Shown: one piece after another, positions 10,513-19,267 of the stretch | Layout: each line of letters starts with the position of its first letter | Position numbering within the stretch: position 1 is the first letter of the stretch | Assembly (NCBI GenBank): GCA_051645545.1 | Contig: JBOFBL010000555.1 | Coordinates: 1-55,504 of the forward strand | Direction of reading: 5' to 3' | DNA from: Casimicrobium sp. | Lineage (GTDB): Bacteria; Pseudomonadota; Gammaproteobacteria; Burkholderiales; Casimicrobiaceae | DNA: 55,504 nucleotides | The notes under the pieces: model-generated | What the model was told of the DNA's origin: nothing | Database searches by the model: none | Seen by the model: only the letters and a program-made list of their open reading frames with translations | Made by a program: the position numbers and the translations under genes

Positions 10513-10704
10513 ATGGCTGTTGTGCGCTTCGCAAAAGAGGTCTCGGTGTTGCCGGGGGTGCTTGTTGCAAATTGTTTGTATCTCGTACGAACCGGCGCCG
10601 GATTTGATCTCTATTGCAGCGATTCCACAGGCAGTGTTGCGCATCCGCTCAATGTCTCGGCCGGCGGTGGCGGCGCCAGCGCCATCATTTCCTGGGTAAT
10701 TTAA
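10513..10704 (+). CDS. Small protein paralogous to the N-terminus of the preceding gene
   Basis: MAVVRFAKEVSVLPGVLVANCLYLV vs MAVMRIFKETALPGSLVANAVYLV. Confidence 0.7.
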   Translation: MAVVRFAKEVSVLPGVLVANCLYLVRTGAGFDLYCSDSTGSVAHPLNVSAGGGGASAIISWVI

Positions 10705-10708
10705 AAGT

Positions 10709-11893
10709 ATGTTGAATCTCACGTCGGCGTCGGATCTGATTCGTGTGACGACGGGTGCTGCTGCGCAAATCGAAGTTCATGCGTCGTGGGGCGATGTGAA
10801 TGGCGCATCGGTGGTGCTGGGTCGAAGCAATACGCCTCACATCACGACCGCAACAACGGTGACGGTGGTCGCTTCGCCTGCGACCGGTCAGCGAAATGTC
10901 AAGCATCTCAACATCACCAACGATCACCCGTCGCAAGCCTGCCCGGTGACGGTTGAGCACACCGATGGCACGACGGTGATCGAGTTAATGGCCTTCGTGT
11001 TGCTGCCTGGCGAGAATATGATCTTCAATGAAGAAGGTCGATGGACGCATCGTGACGCGCAAGGCGCCGAGTATCCACCCGCTGGGCTTGGTCAATACAA
11101 CGGACGCTCTATCGTCTTCATGAAGAGCAGTACCGGCTCTGATGCTGTTGGCTATTGGTACTGCACGTCTAAGGATGCGGGCTTCCCCGGCGCATGGTCG
11201 CCCGGTGCGCCCGGTATCAATGGCCGCATCACCAACGGCGTGGCCGCTGCCGACGCGGGCTGCATACCGATCGCAAATCCGGCGGTCGGCGCGAACTTCT
11301 TAACCGAGCTGCAAATGGCGGCCTCGGTGAACCACACGAATCTATTCTTCGATGTGCTTTGGGTCAACACCGGCATCGTCGTTACGACTACAACCGCGCA
11401 AGCTATTGTGACGCCAACGCTTCCGGCGCGCGATATCAATGGCGCAACCAACGGTGAAGGCTGCGGGATTGCGCTGCTTTGCACATCGGCGAGCGGTCTG
11501 GCCGCTGTTGCGAGCAACGCAACGGTGACCTACACCAGTTCTGATGGGGTTGCAGGGCGAGTCGCCACGCTCAGCGCCATCGTCGGTTCGCAAGCGCCCG
11601 CAACACCCGTGATCGGCACGCTCATTTGGTTCAACCTTGCGGCAGGCGACAAAGGCGTGCGCTCGATTGAATCGATCACGTTGAATACCTCGTGGGTGTC
11701 TGGCACGGTCTCTCTGATGATTACGCGAGACCTCGCGCAAATGGGCACGACCATTCCCAACGTGGCTGCGCAAAAAACACTTTCAGCACCCGGTATTCGC
11801 CTCTACAACGGCACGACGGCGCTGCATTGCATCTTGTCATCGGCCACGGCCGCAACCTTTTTCAGCGGCGAACTTGTCGTGCAAGAAAAATGA
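10709..11893 (+). CDS. Putative virion structural protein (Thr/Ala/Gly-rich)
   Basis: Long ORF in tightly packed late operon. Confidence 0.7.
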   Translation: MLNLTSASDLIRVTTGAAAQIEVHASWGDVNGASVVLGRSNTPHITTATTVTVVASPATGQRNVKHLNITNDHPSQACPVTVEHTDGTTVIELMAFVLLPGENMIFNEEGRWTHRDAQGAEYPPAGLGQYNGRSIVFMKSSTGSDAVGYWYCTSKDAGFPGAWSPGAPGINGRITNGVAAADAGCIPIANPAVGANFLTELQMAASVNHTNLFFDVLWVNTGIVVTTTTAQAIVTPTLPARDINGATNGEGCGIALLCTSASGLAAVASNATVTYTSSDGVAGRVATLSAIVGSQAPATPVIGTLIWFNLAAGDKGVRSIESITLNTSWVSGTVSLMITRDLAQMGTTIPNVAAQKTLSAPGIRLYNGTTALHCILSSATAATFFSGELVVQEK

Positions 11894-11962
11894 TGATTGA
11901 TCAAATGAATGCCGTCATATCACATAGCCCTATTGTGATTTCGCTAGTAGGTTGATCAGCCC

Positions 11963-12385
11963 ATGAACCGCTACGAACAATGGCTTGCCGATCTCGAGTC
12001 CGCAATGGCGCTGATTCCATCGGTGTTAAAGGTGCAGCGCGAACCCGCGTATTCGCCCGAGGCCGAACAGCGATCGCAAATCGTGATTGACGAAGGTGTG
12101 TGGCAGATTGCAAACGGACAATGCGGCTGTTGGGTGATGTCCGGCTCGCCCGTGATTCGGGTGCTCGCGAATAGGCGCGACAGCCGCAGCGACATCGTGC
12201 GCGATGTACTCGCGCGCTTAAAGCCAAGCGACGCGAATCCGCTCTCTGCTATTCGGACGGAGAGTTTCAGGGTCGTGTCCGTGTCGCACGAAGCGCAGCT
12301 CGTCAGCGGCGGCGCGTTTATGGCAAGGATCAATCTCTCGGTTGCCATTCAGTGTAAAGCCTACGCGCTCGATCAAGCGCCCTAG
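11963..12385 (+). CDS. Putative tail terminator/completion protein
   Basis: 140 aa upstream of tail tube; positional inference. Confidence 0.5.
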   Translation: MNRYEQWLADLESAMALIPSVLKVQREPAYSPEAEQRSQIVIDEGVWQIANGQCGCWVMSGSPVIRVLANRRDSRSDIVRDVLARLKPSDANPLSAIRTESFRVVSVSHEAQLVSGGAFMARINLSVAIQCKAYALDQAP

Positions 12386-12442
12386 CGTTATTTCTCCCGT
12401 GCGCGATCAACCGATCGCGCGTCTCACTCAAAGGAAAACATC

Positions 12443-12691
12443 ATGTCTGAAGAAGGACAGGACGTCGCTACGTCCGAAGTTGCGCAAAGCCCGTGTCAGC
12501 CCTACGAAATCACGAAGAAATGTGTCGTTGGCGAAGTCGAATGCCAGCCCGAAGATGTGGTGTGTCTCAACGCGTCAGAGCACAAATTTCTGCTCGAAAA
12601 AGAAAGTGTTGAGAGCGATCCAACTACCAAAGACATAACGCGTCGTCGCCCCGAATCCTCGGGCTGCGGCCAGTGCGGCGCGTCCAAATAA
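12443..12691 (+). CDS. Small Cys-rich protein (6 Cys, C-terminal CGQC)
   Basis: AAGGA RBS; position before tail tube gene. Confidence 0.7.
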   Translation: MSEEGQDVATSEVAQSPCQPYEITKKCVVGEVECQPEDVVCLNASEHKFLLEKESVESDPTTKDITRRRPESSGCGQCGASK

Positions 12692-12735
12692 CTCGTTTGT
12701 AGTTTTCTCTCAAAGCGTCTTCGCTCGACGCGTGT

Positions 12736-12775
12736 GCAGTGGCCTCTTTCGAGGCCGTTGTTTTTTGGTTTTTTT
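12736..12775 (+). terminator. Intrinsic terminator
   Basis: GCAGTGGCCTC-tttc-GAGGCCGTTGT plus T-runs. Confidence 0.7.
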
Positions 12776-12799
12776 GTTTACACGTGAAAGGCGAAAGCT

Positions 12800-13588
12800 A
12801 TGAAATTAGCGCTCTACGGTTTGCTGCGCTTCGGCGAAATCAACACGGCGCTCCCCGCGTCGGCTACTAACTTTGTATCGCAAGCGGTGCGCTTTTTTGA
12901 GCCGCAATGCCACTCCGAATTCACGCTCGGGATCAGCGTTGAAAAATACAAAAGCGAAAACGGTTGCTCGGGCATTAACGTCGTTGATTTTATTCGCACC
13001 AAAAAGCGCGAGGTCACTGCGAAGGCAACGTTTGACGAAGGCACGCACGCCAACCTGCGCGCGTTTGTGCAGGCCACAACAACGGTGGCTGATACAGCCG
13101 CCGTGCCAGTCTCGGGCTACTCGCTTAACGCTGTCGGTGTCGGTGCGTTTGCGCCAGGCGATGTGACTTATCTCGGGCGAATGAATATCACGTCGCTTGC
13201 GATTACCGCGGTGACGCCTGCGTCGCCTGTGGCGGGCACCCACTACGAGTTGGATCCCGTATTCGGTCGCATTAAGTGGCTCGCCGCAATCACCGGTCCA
13301 GTCACCGCGAACTTCAGTTATCAAAACCCGATTACCTCGGCGATCATGAACGCGCCTGAGAAAGACTACGTCGCCATTCTCGACGGCTACAACGCCGATG
13401 GCAACGCGCCGGGTCAAGTCGTGCTCTACAAAACGAAGCCGATTCTCTCGGGCGATCTCGCGTTGACCACCGATGAGAAATCCACTATGTCGGTTGACAT
13501 GGAGGTGGTTGCCGATACCAGCAAAGCCTTCGGCGGCTTGCTTGGGCAATTTGGCTTCATTCGCGGTTTTGGTTTGCCGGATAAGTAA
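12800..13588 (+). CDS. Major tail (tube) protein
   Basis: AGTHYELD..FGRI, DGYN.D...V.LYK....LAL..DE pattern; precedes chaperone and TMP. Confidence 0.8.
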   Translation: MKLALYGLLRFGEINTALPASATNFVSQAVRFFEPQCHSEFTLGISVEKYKSENGCSGINVVDFIRTKKREVTAKATFDEGTHANLRAFVQATTTVADTAAVPVSGYSLNAVGVGAFAPGDVTYLGRMNITSLAITAVTPASPVAGTHYELDPVFGRIKWLAAITGPVTANFSYQNPITSAIMNAPEKDYVAILDGYNADGNAPGQVVLYKTKPILSGDLALTTDEKSTMSVDMEVVADTSKAFGGLLGQFGFIRGFGLPDK

Positions 13589-13722
13589 TTTGCGCTGATC
13601 GCTTTCCGCGCCGTCGCAGTGCGGCGCGGTGGATGTAAGGGTGCTCGGGAGCGAAACGATCGCTCTTGCATCCTCCCCGCCGCACTGTTGTTTTCTTCCT
13701 TTTTGGGCAATCGCTCTGCCTT

Positions 13723-14277
13723 ATGAAAATTCAAACTGAGACCGTCGAAATCGCCGGTCAGTCTGTCGTTGTGCGCGAGCTCACGATGGAAGAGCTTCGT
13801 CAATTGCTCGGGCTCACGCCGCCAAAAACGGTCAAGCCCGCGCGCTTGCCCGTGGCTCGATCGCTGATTGATTGGTCGGTCATCGAATCAAAACCGCGTC
13901 GCGCGCTCGCGCGTGCATTGAATGCGTTGTGGGTGCGCTTTGTCGCGCCGCAAAGCGATGATGACCGCATGGCCTCGCTCGGCGAAGCCTGGGCGTCCGC
14001 CATTGTTGATCGCGCGCTCTCCATCAATGGCATCAGCCGCGAGTATCTCGAAACGATGAGCACGGTCACTGAGGCGATGCTGCTTGATGCGCGACCCTCC
14101 GAAATAGAAGCGCTGGTCGCTGCGTGCAAACGGCTCAACGCTTTTTTTTTCGACAAGCTCGCGCCCGACTTCGCGGCGACCCTGTCGCAAGCATTGAGCG
14201 CGCTGTCGCCACCCTCATCCGCGCCGGCCACGCCCACGCCTGGCACTACCCCTACCGCATCTTCGAATCCGCAATAG
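13723..14277 (+). CDS. Tail assembly chaperone (gpG-like)
   Basis: VVVRELT, PSEI..L...CK.LN.FF motifs; between tube and TMP. Confidence 0.75.
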   Translation: MKIQTETVEIAGQSVVVRELTMEELRQLLGLTPPKTVKPARLPVARSLIDWSVIESKPRRALARALNALWVRFVAPQSDDDRMASLGEAWASAIVDRALSINGISREYLETMSTVTEAMLLDARPSEIEALVAACKRLNAFFFDKLAPDFAATLSQALSALSPPSSAPATPTPGTTPTASSNPQ

Positions 14278-14312
14278 AAGAAATCGCCGAAAGCCAGAAA
14301 TCCGATGAGTGA
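14142..14312 (+). CDS. -1 frameshift extension of the chaperone (gpGT-like)
   Basis: T9 slippery run at 14142-14150; -1 frame reads LIRAGHAHAWHYPYRIF up to the TMP start. Confidence 0.7.
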   Translation, partial: FFFRQARARLRGDPVASIERAVATLIRAGHAHAWHYPYRIFESAIEEIAESQKSDE

Positions 14313-17300
14313 CGTGGTTGGCAAATACAAAGTCGAGCTTGACTACGACACCGCCTCCGCCACGGTCTCATTGCGCGAGTTTCGAACAAAAGCGATTGCC
14401 GATGTGAAAGCCATTGGCGATGCGCTCGGCAAAATCGACGTGCTTAAGGGGTTGCAAAACGATGCCAAAGCCGCCAGCGAACGCATCACCGAGCTGGGTC
14501 GTCGTGCTGACGAGTTGCGCCGCATCGTCGCCAATACGAATAAAGACGACGCGGGCTACAAGCTGCTCGTTCGCGCGCTGAAGGATGCCGACAAAGAATT
14601 CAACGCGGCGGTGCGCTCGGCCAATAATCTTGATAACAAGATTGGCAAATTAAGTAACGCGCTCGTGCAAGCCGGCGTCGATACCAAAGCGCTCGCCAGC
14701 GAAGAAATCCGCTTAGCGGAGTCGCTGCAAAAAGCCGCCGCCGCCGCCGAAATCAACAACGCGCGCGGCATCCTCGGCGTAAAAAGTTTGGCCGAGCAGC
14801 GCGCGGAAGTGCAGCGCTTGCAGCAGGCGTATGAAACGCTGCGTCGAAGCGGTGCGTCGATTCAAGAGTTGGCGGAAGCAAAGATTGCGCTCAGGTTGCG
14901 CACGCAAGAGCTTGCGCAATCGCAAGTCGGCGTGACCAACAACATGCAGCAGCTCGGCATCGCGATTGCGGGTGTGCTCGGCTCCACGCTCGCCTACACG
15001 CGCGCCGCGCGTGAGGTGATCGCGTCGGCCTCGCGCTATGAGCAAGGGCTCGCGTCCGTCGCCTCGATCACGCAGTTGAACAAGGTTCAGCTTGACGTGC
15101 TCGGGCAAAGCGTGCTGCGGCTTTCCGCGCAAATCGGCATTGAATTGCCAACCGCGTTTAAGGCGCTCTACAACATTATCGGCTCGGGCATCCCGCCCGA
15201 AAACGCCATTAGCGTGCTCGAAGCCTCCGCAAAAGCGGCGGTCGCCGGTCTCACCACGATCGACAACGCCGCGCGCATCGGCGTGCAGGTGTTGAACGCA
15301 TACCAACTGCAAGCGGGGCAGTTGCCGAAAGTCTTCGACATCCTCTTTCAAACGGTGAAAGATGGTGTGATTTCGTTTGAAGAGCTGGCCGATAAATTCG
15401 GTTTGGTGCTGCCTGCCGCACGAACGGCGGGCGTCACGCTTGAAGAGTTAAGCGGTGCGGTCGTGGTGCTCACTCGTTCCGGGTTGCCTGCGTCGCGCGC
15501 GATGGTCGCGCTCGAAGGCGCGATAAAACAGCTCGCCGCGCCCACGCCCGAAGCGGCGGCAGAAATGGCGCGCTTGGGCATCACGTTCAACGGCTTGGTC
15601 GGCACGATCGAGCAGCTCGTGAAGTTGAACGTCGGTCCCGGCACGCTGCGCAAATTGATTCCCGATGTCGAAGGTCAGCGCGCCGTCGCACTCTTTACGC
15701 AGAACTACGATTTGCTGCGCGAATCGGTGCAAGAGGCGGGCAAAGCGGCGGGGGCAACGCAGGACGCGTTTAACAAGCTCAAGAACACGCCAGAGCAGCA
15801 GTTAAAGATTTTCAACGCCGAATTGGAGCGCTCGAAAGTCGCGCTCGGCAAGGCGTTGCTCGAAGGGGCGTTGCCGCTGTTGCAAGGGCTCACCGCGCTT
15901 CTCAAGTCCTTCAATGAGTTGAGTCCGACGACGAAAAATGTCGGCGCGGTGATCGCTTCGTTGGCGGGCGCGTTGACGGTCGGCGCGGTTGCATCAAGAG
16001 CGCTGTCGCCGATTCTCGCGCCGCTAGCGGCTGGTTTGGCGGCGACCGGTACGGCAGGCGCTGCCGGTGCCCTTGGTGTGAATGCGTTGCGACTAGCGGT
16101 CACGGGGTTGGTGCCTGCTGTCGCTGCGGCCGGTACCGGATTCGCGCTCGGCGAAAAGCTCCGCGAATCATCGGCGGAGGCGCAACGTTTCGGTGATTTC
16201 TTAGGCGGTTCGCTCGCGGCGACCGTCATTCAAGTTGGCAACAAATTCGATCAACTCAAAGCGTTTGTCGGTGGCAACACCGAGGAATACAAGCGTGCGA
16301 GCGAAGCGCTTCAAAGAAACGCGCAAGAGTACGAAGCATTCAAACAAACGCTCGTCGGTGTCGGCTTTGAAATCACGCAACTGCGTGTGAAGCAAGGTGA
16401 GTTGCGTCAAGCGGTCACCCAAGCCCAAGCCGACGTCGGCGCGGCGAGCGCGAAGTACCTCGAAGCCTTCGCGCCGATTCAACAGAAGGTAAATGACGCG
16501 GTCAATGAATTCAATATCAAAATTCAAACCAGCGAAAGCGCGCTCACCACGTTCCGAACGACGCTCGCCGCCACCGAAGCCGCTGCGAAATCGCTGTTCG
16601 ATAGTCTGTCGAAAGGCTTAGAGCAAGATTTAGCCGCGCGGCTACAAACGCTCAATCTCTCGTTTGAGCAAGGCAAGATTTCTCAGGTGGCGCTGTTGCA
16701 AGCAACGGCGAAGGCCGAAGTCGCAAGCTACACAGAGCGATTGGCCGCGCAAAAAGCCTTTGGCATTCAAGCGCTGCAAATCTTCGAACAAGATGAAGCC
16801 GCGCGCCGCGCGCTCGCCGTGAAAACCGGTGAGGATCAAAAGAAGCTCGATATTGAGCTCAAGAACAGCAAGATTGCGCTCTTAACCGAAATCCGCACGC
16901 GCTACGAAACCACGTATGCCGCGCTCGCGCAGCAAGAACAAAACCTGCTCAAGATCGCAAAGGCGGCCGACGAAGAGCGGCGCATCTCGAAGCTCTCCGT
17001 CGAAGAAAAAATTCGCGAACTGCAACGCGGATTGCTCACGCCGTATGAGCAATACTACGATCGTGTAAGCGAAATTGATCGCGTGCTCGCGCAGTCGCGC
17101 GAAGCGTATCTCAAAGGCAATTTAGACCAAGCAAAAGACTACGCAAAGAAGGCGATCGATCTATCGGCCAACATCGGGCAAGCGGTGACCGACAAAGAGG
17201 GTAATGTTGTCGTCTCTGCGCGCGATGCGGCGGCAAAGGCAACCGACAAACTGCGTGAATCGGGAGCGCAATTAGATAAAGTGCTTAAAACGCAGGGCGA

Positions 17301-18879
17301 TAGTGCGCGTGAAGCGGCTGCTGCTTTTGCGACACAGGGTGAGGCGGCTCGAAAAGGTGCTAACGAGGCTGGCGCAGCGATCAAGACGTTGGTTGAAACA
17401 ACGAAACCGGTGATCGACCTGCGTGTGACTGCGGATGAGCAACAGATTGCCGCCGAAACGGCAAAGTTGGTGAAACTCGTTGAAGATGCGAAGCCAATCG
17501 CGGCGGTGAAGGCGAACTTCGATGTGGCTGAGGCCGATTTCAATCGTTTCAAAAAATCCATTGAAGACAGCAAGCCGTTCGTCGAAATTCAGGCAAATTT
17601 GGATCAATTGAAGGCGAGTGTTGATACAGCGACGAAGGCGTTGCCTGCGGTGAAGATCAACGTCGATACCGCGCCCGTGACGCAAGCGTTCGTGGGTATT
17701 GATGCCAGCGTCGCGAAGTTCAATCAGTCGAAATTGAATCTACAAAGCAATGTCGACGAGATAAAGCAAAAACTTGATTCGCTCAAAGTGCCAACGCAAA
17801 GCACGCACACCGTGAAAGAGGTGTACGTGCGCGATCCGAATCGTCCGCCCGAAGTGTCGGGTAATGTGGTGGGTGCCAACACGGGCGGGCTGATTGTGGG
17901 CGATCGTTTGCCGGGCTTCAATCAAGGCGGCGTGGTAAGCCCTGGTTCGATTCGTTTGCAGCTTGATCGTGCTATTTCGCAACCCGGCGGTATCCGCCGC
18001 TTTGCGCGCGGTGGATTTGTCGGATTGGTGGGCGGCACAGGCAACCGCGATACCGAATTCTTCAATCTGCAATCCGGTTCGTTTGTGCTTAACAAGGCTA
18101 ACTCGAATCGTTTGCTGTCCTCCGCTTCGGCGGGTGGTGCCCGTGGCGGCGCCGGCGATGATTTGGTGGCAAAGCTGCGTGCTCAAAAAGTGTTTGAGCG
18201 TGGCTCGCTCATGCGCTCGGTGCTAAACGCTGCGTTGGACTACGATCTGAAAACGCTTGAAAAATATAAGTCGTTTTCTGGTACTCAGGTCGATCCTTCG
18301 GCGGAATTCAACACGAGGCAGTATGCGAATAAGCGAGCCGATAGCCTGTTGTCTGGCTATCAAAATTCTGTCGCGGACCGCGACACCTCGCGTGCCGAAG
18401 GCTTTACTAGCGACGCGATTTCAGCCTTTGAAAGTGCAAAGAACGCTTTTGATGGTCTGAAGGTGGGGTCTCGATTTGCCGAAGGTGGCAACGTCGCAGG
18501 CGGTGCCACCGTGCCCGCGCTGCTAACCCCCGGCGAGCTGGTGTTTTCCCCGGAAGAAGTCTCGCGCATCGGCCTGCAAAAACTGCAAGCCATGAACGCG
18601 GCCAAAACCCAGGCGCAGTTCGATGCTGCCGCGCTCGCGCGCTTCAGCTCGGGCGGCCCCGTGCTGCCGTCGTTCGCCGATCGCTTTAACGATGTCGCGG
18701 GGTCAACGCTGCGCCGATTCAACGAAGGCGGCTATGCCAATCCGCCGGTGAACAACAACACCAATAGCACCACGAACTTCAACGCCACCTTCAACATCAA
18801 CGGCGCCAATGTCGAAGCCCGACAACTGGCGCGCATGGTGTCCGAAGAATTCAAAAACATGGATCGGCGTTCGCGATGA
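14305..18879 (+). CDS. Tail tape measure protein
   Basis: 1524 aa Ala/Leu-rich helical protein with TMP core-like segment and C-terminal FAxGG motifs. Confidence 0.93.
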   Translation: MSDVVGKYKVELDYDTASATVSLREFRTKAIADVKAIGDALGKIDVLKGLQNDAKAASERITELGRRADELRRIVANTNKDDAGYKLLVRALKDADKEFNAAVRSANNLDNKIGKLSNALVQAGVDTKALASEEIRLAESLQKAAAAAEINNARGILGVKSLAEQRAEVQRLQQAYETLRRSGASIQELAEAKIALRLRTQELAQSQVGVTNNMQQLGIAIAGVLGSTLAYTRAAREVIASASRYEQGLASVASITQLNKVQLDVLGQSVLRLSAQIGIELPTAFKALYNIIGSGIPPENAISVLEASAKAAVAGLTTIDNAARIGVQVLNAYQLQAGQLPKVFDILFQTVKDGVISFEELADKFGLVLPAARTAGVTLEELSGAVVVLTRSGLPASRAMVALEGAIKQLAAPTPEAAAEMARLGITFNGLVGTIEQLVKLNVGPGTLRKLIPDVEGQRAVALFTQNYDLLRESVQEAGKAAGATQDAFNKLKNTPEQQLKIFNAELERSKVALGKALLEGALPLLQGLTALLKSFNELSPTTKNVGAVIASLAGALTVGAVASRALSPILAPLAAGLAATGTAGAAGALGVNALRLAVTGLVPAVAAAGTGFALGEKLRESSAEAQRFGDFLGGSLAATVIQVGNKFDQLKAFVGGNTEEYKRASEALQRNAQEYEAFKQTLVGVGFEITQLRVKQGELRQAVTQAQADVGAASAKYLEAFAPIQQKVNDAVNEFNIKIQTSESALTTFRTTLAATEAAAKSLFDSLSKGLEQDLAARLQTLNLSFEQGKISQVALLQATAKAEVASYTERLAAQKAFGIQALQIFEQDEAARRALAVKTGEDQKKLDIELKNSKIALLTEIRTRYETTYAALAQQEQNLLKIAKAADEERRISKLSVEEKIRELQRGLLTPYEQYYDRVSEIDRVLAQSREAYLKGNLDQAKDYAKKAIDLSANIGQAVTDKEGNVVVSARDAAAKATDKLRESGAQLDKVLKTQGDSAREAAAAFATQGEAARKGANEAGAAIKTLVETTKPVIDLRVTADEQQIAAETAKLVKLVEDAKPIAAVKANFDVAEADFNRFKKSIEDSKPFVEIQANLDQLKASVDTATKALPAVKINVDTAPVTQAFVGIDASVAKFNQSKLNLQSNVDEIKQKLDSLKVPTQSTHTVKEVYVRDPNRPPEVSGNVVGANTGGLIVGDRLPGFNQGGVVSPGSIRLQLDRAISQPGGIRRFARGGFVGLVGGTGNRDTEFFNLQSGSFVLNKANSNRLLSSASAGGARGGAGDDLVAKLRAQKVFERGSLMRSVLNAALDYDLKTLEKYKSFSGTQVDPSAEFNTRQYANKRADSLLSGYQNSVADRDTSRAEGFTSDAISAFESAKNAFDGLKVGSRFAEGGNVAGGATVPALLTPGELVFSPEEVSRIGLQKLQAMNAAKTQAQFDAAALARFSSGGPVLPSFADRFNDVAGSTLRRFNEGGYANPPVNNNTNSTTNFNATFNINGANVEARQLARMVSEEFKNMDRRSR

Positions 18880-19058
18880 ATAGCGATCTGGCTTGGTACA
18901 AAAAAACGCGCGCCTGGCAAATCTATGGTCGCGCCGTGCTGCGCTTTGCCGCTTGGGGCGATTCGCCGTGCATGATCTGTCGCTACTCCCGTTTTTTGAT
19001 CGTGGGCGGCGTGGCGGGGGCATTGGCGGGCTTTGCGATGGGTTTGCTATGCCGCTAG
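18876..19058 (+). CDS. Small CxxC + transmembrane protein
   Basis: ATGA overlap with TMP stop; CMIC then hydrophobic FLIVGGVAGALAGFAMGLL. Confidence 0.7.
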   Translation: MNSDLAWYKKTRAWQIYGRAVLRFAAWGDSPCMICRYSRFLIVGGVAGALAGFAMGLLCR

Positions 19059-19261
19059 TCTGTATGCGCGAGCCGTGGGTGGTGGCCGATGTGCCAATGA
19101 AAGCGGGTGACGATGCGTGGGTCGATGCGCATCAAGCGCGCTCGCTCGTCTTGCTGCGTCTGGCTTATGTGGTCGATGCGCCCGATCCGCTGCGGGTCGC
19201 CAACGCGCAGCAGCTCGCAATTGCGCGCGCTTCCGAAATCAAACCTTGCTGTGGCAACTGA
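19049..19261 (+). CDS. Small hypothetical protein ending in CCGN
   Basis: Fills gap between flanking genes; start uncertain. Confidence 0.55.
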   Translation: MPLVCMREPWVVADVPMKAGDDAWVDAHQARSLVLLRLAYVVDAPDPLRVANAQQLAIARASEIKPCCGN

Positions 19262-19267
19262 TCGTCT

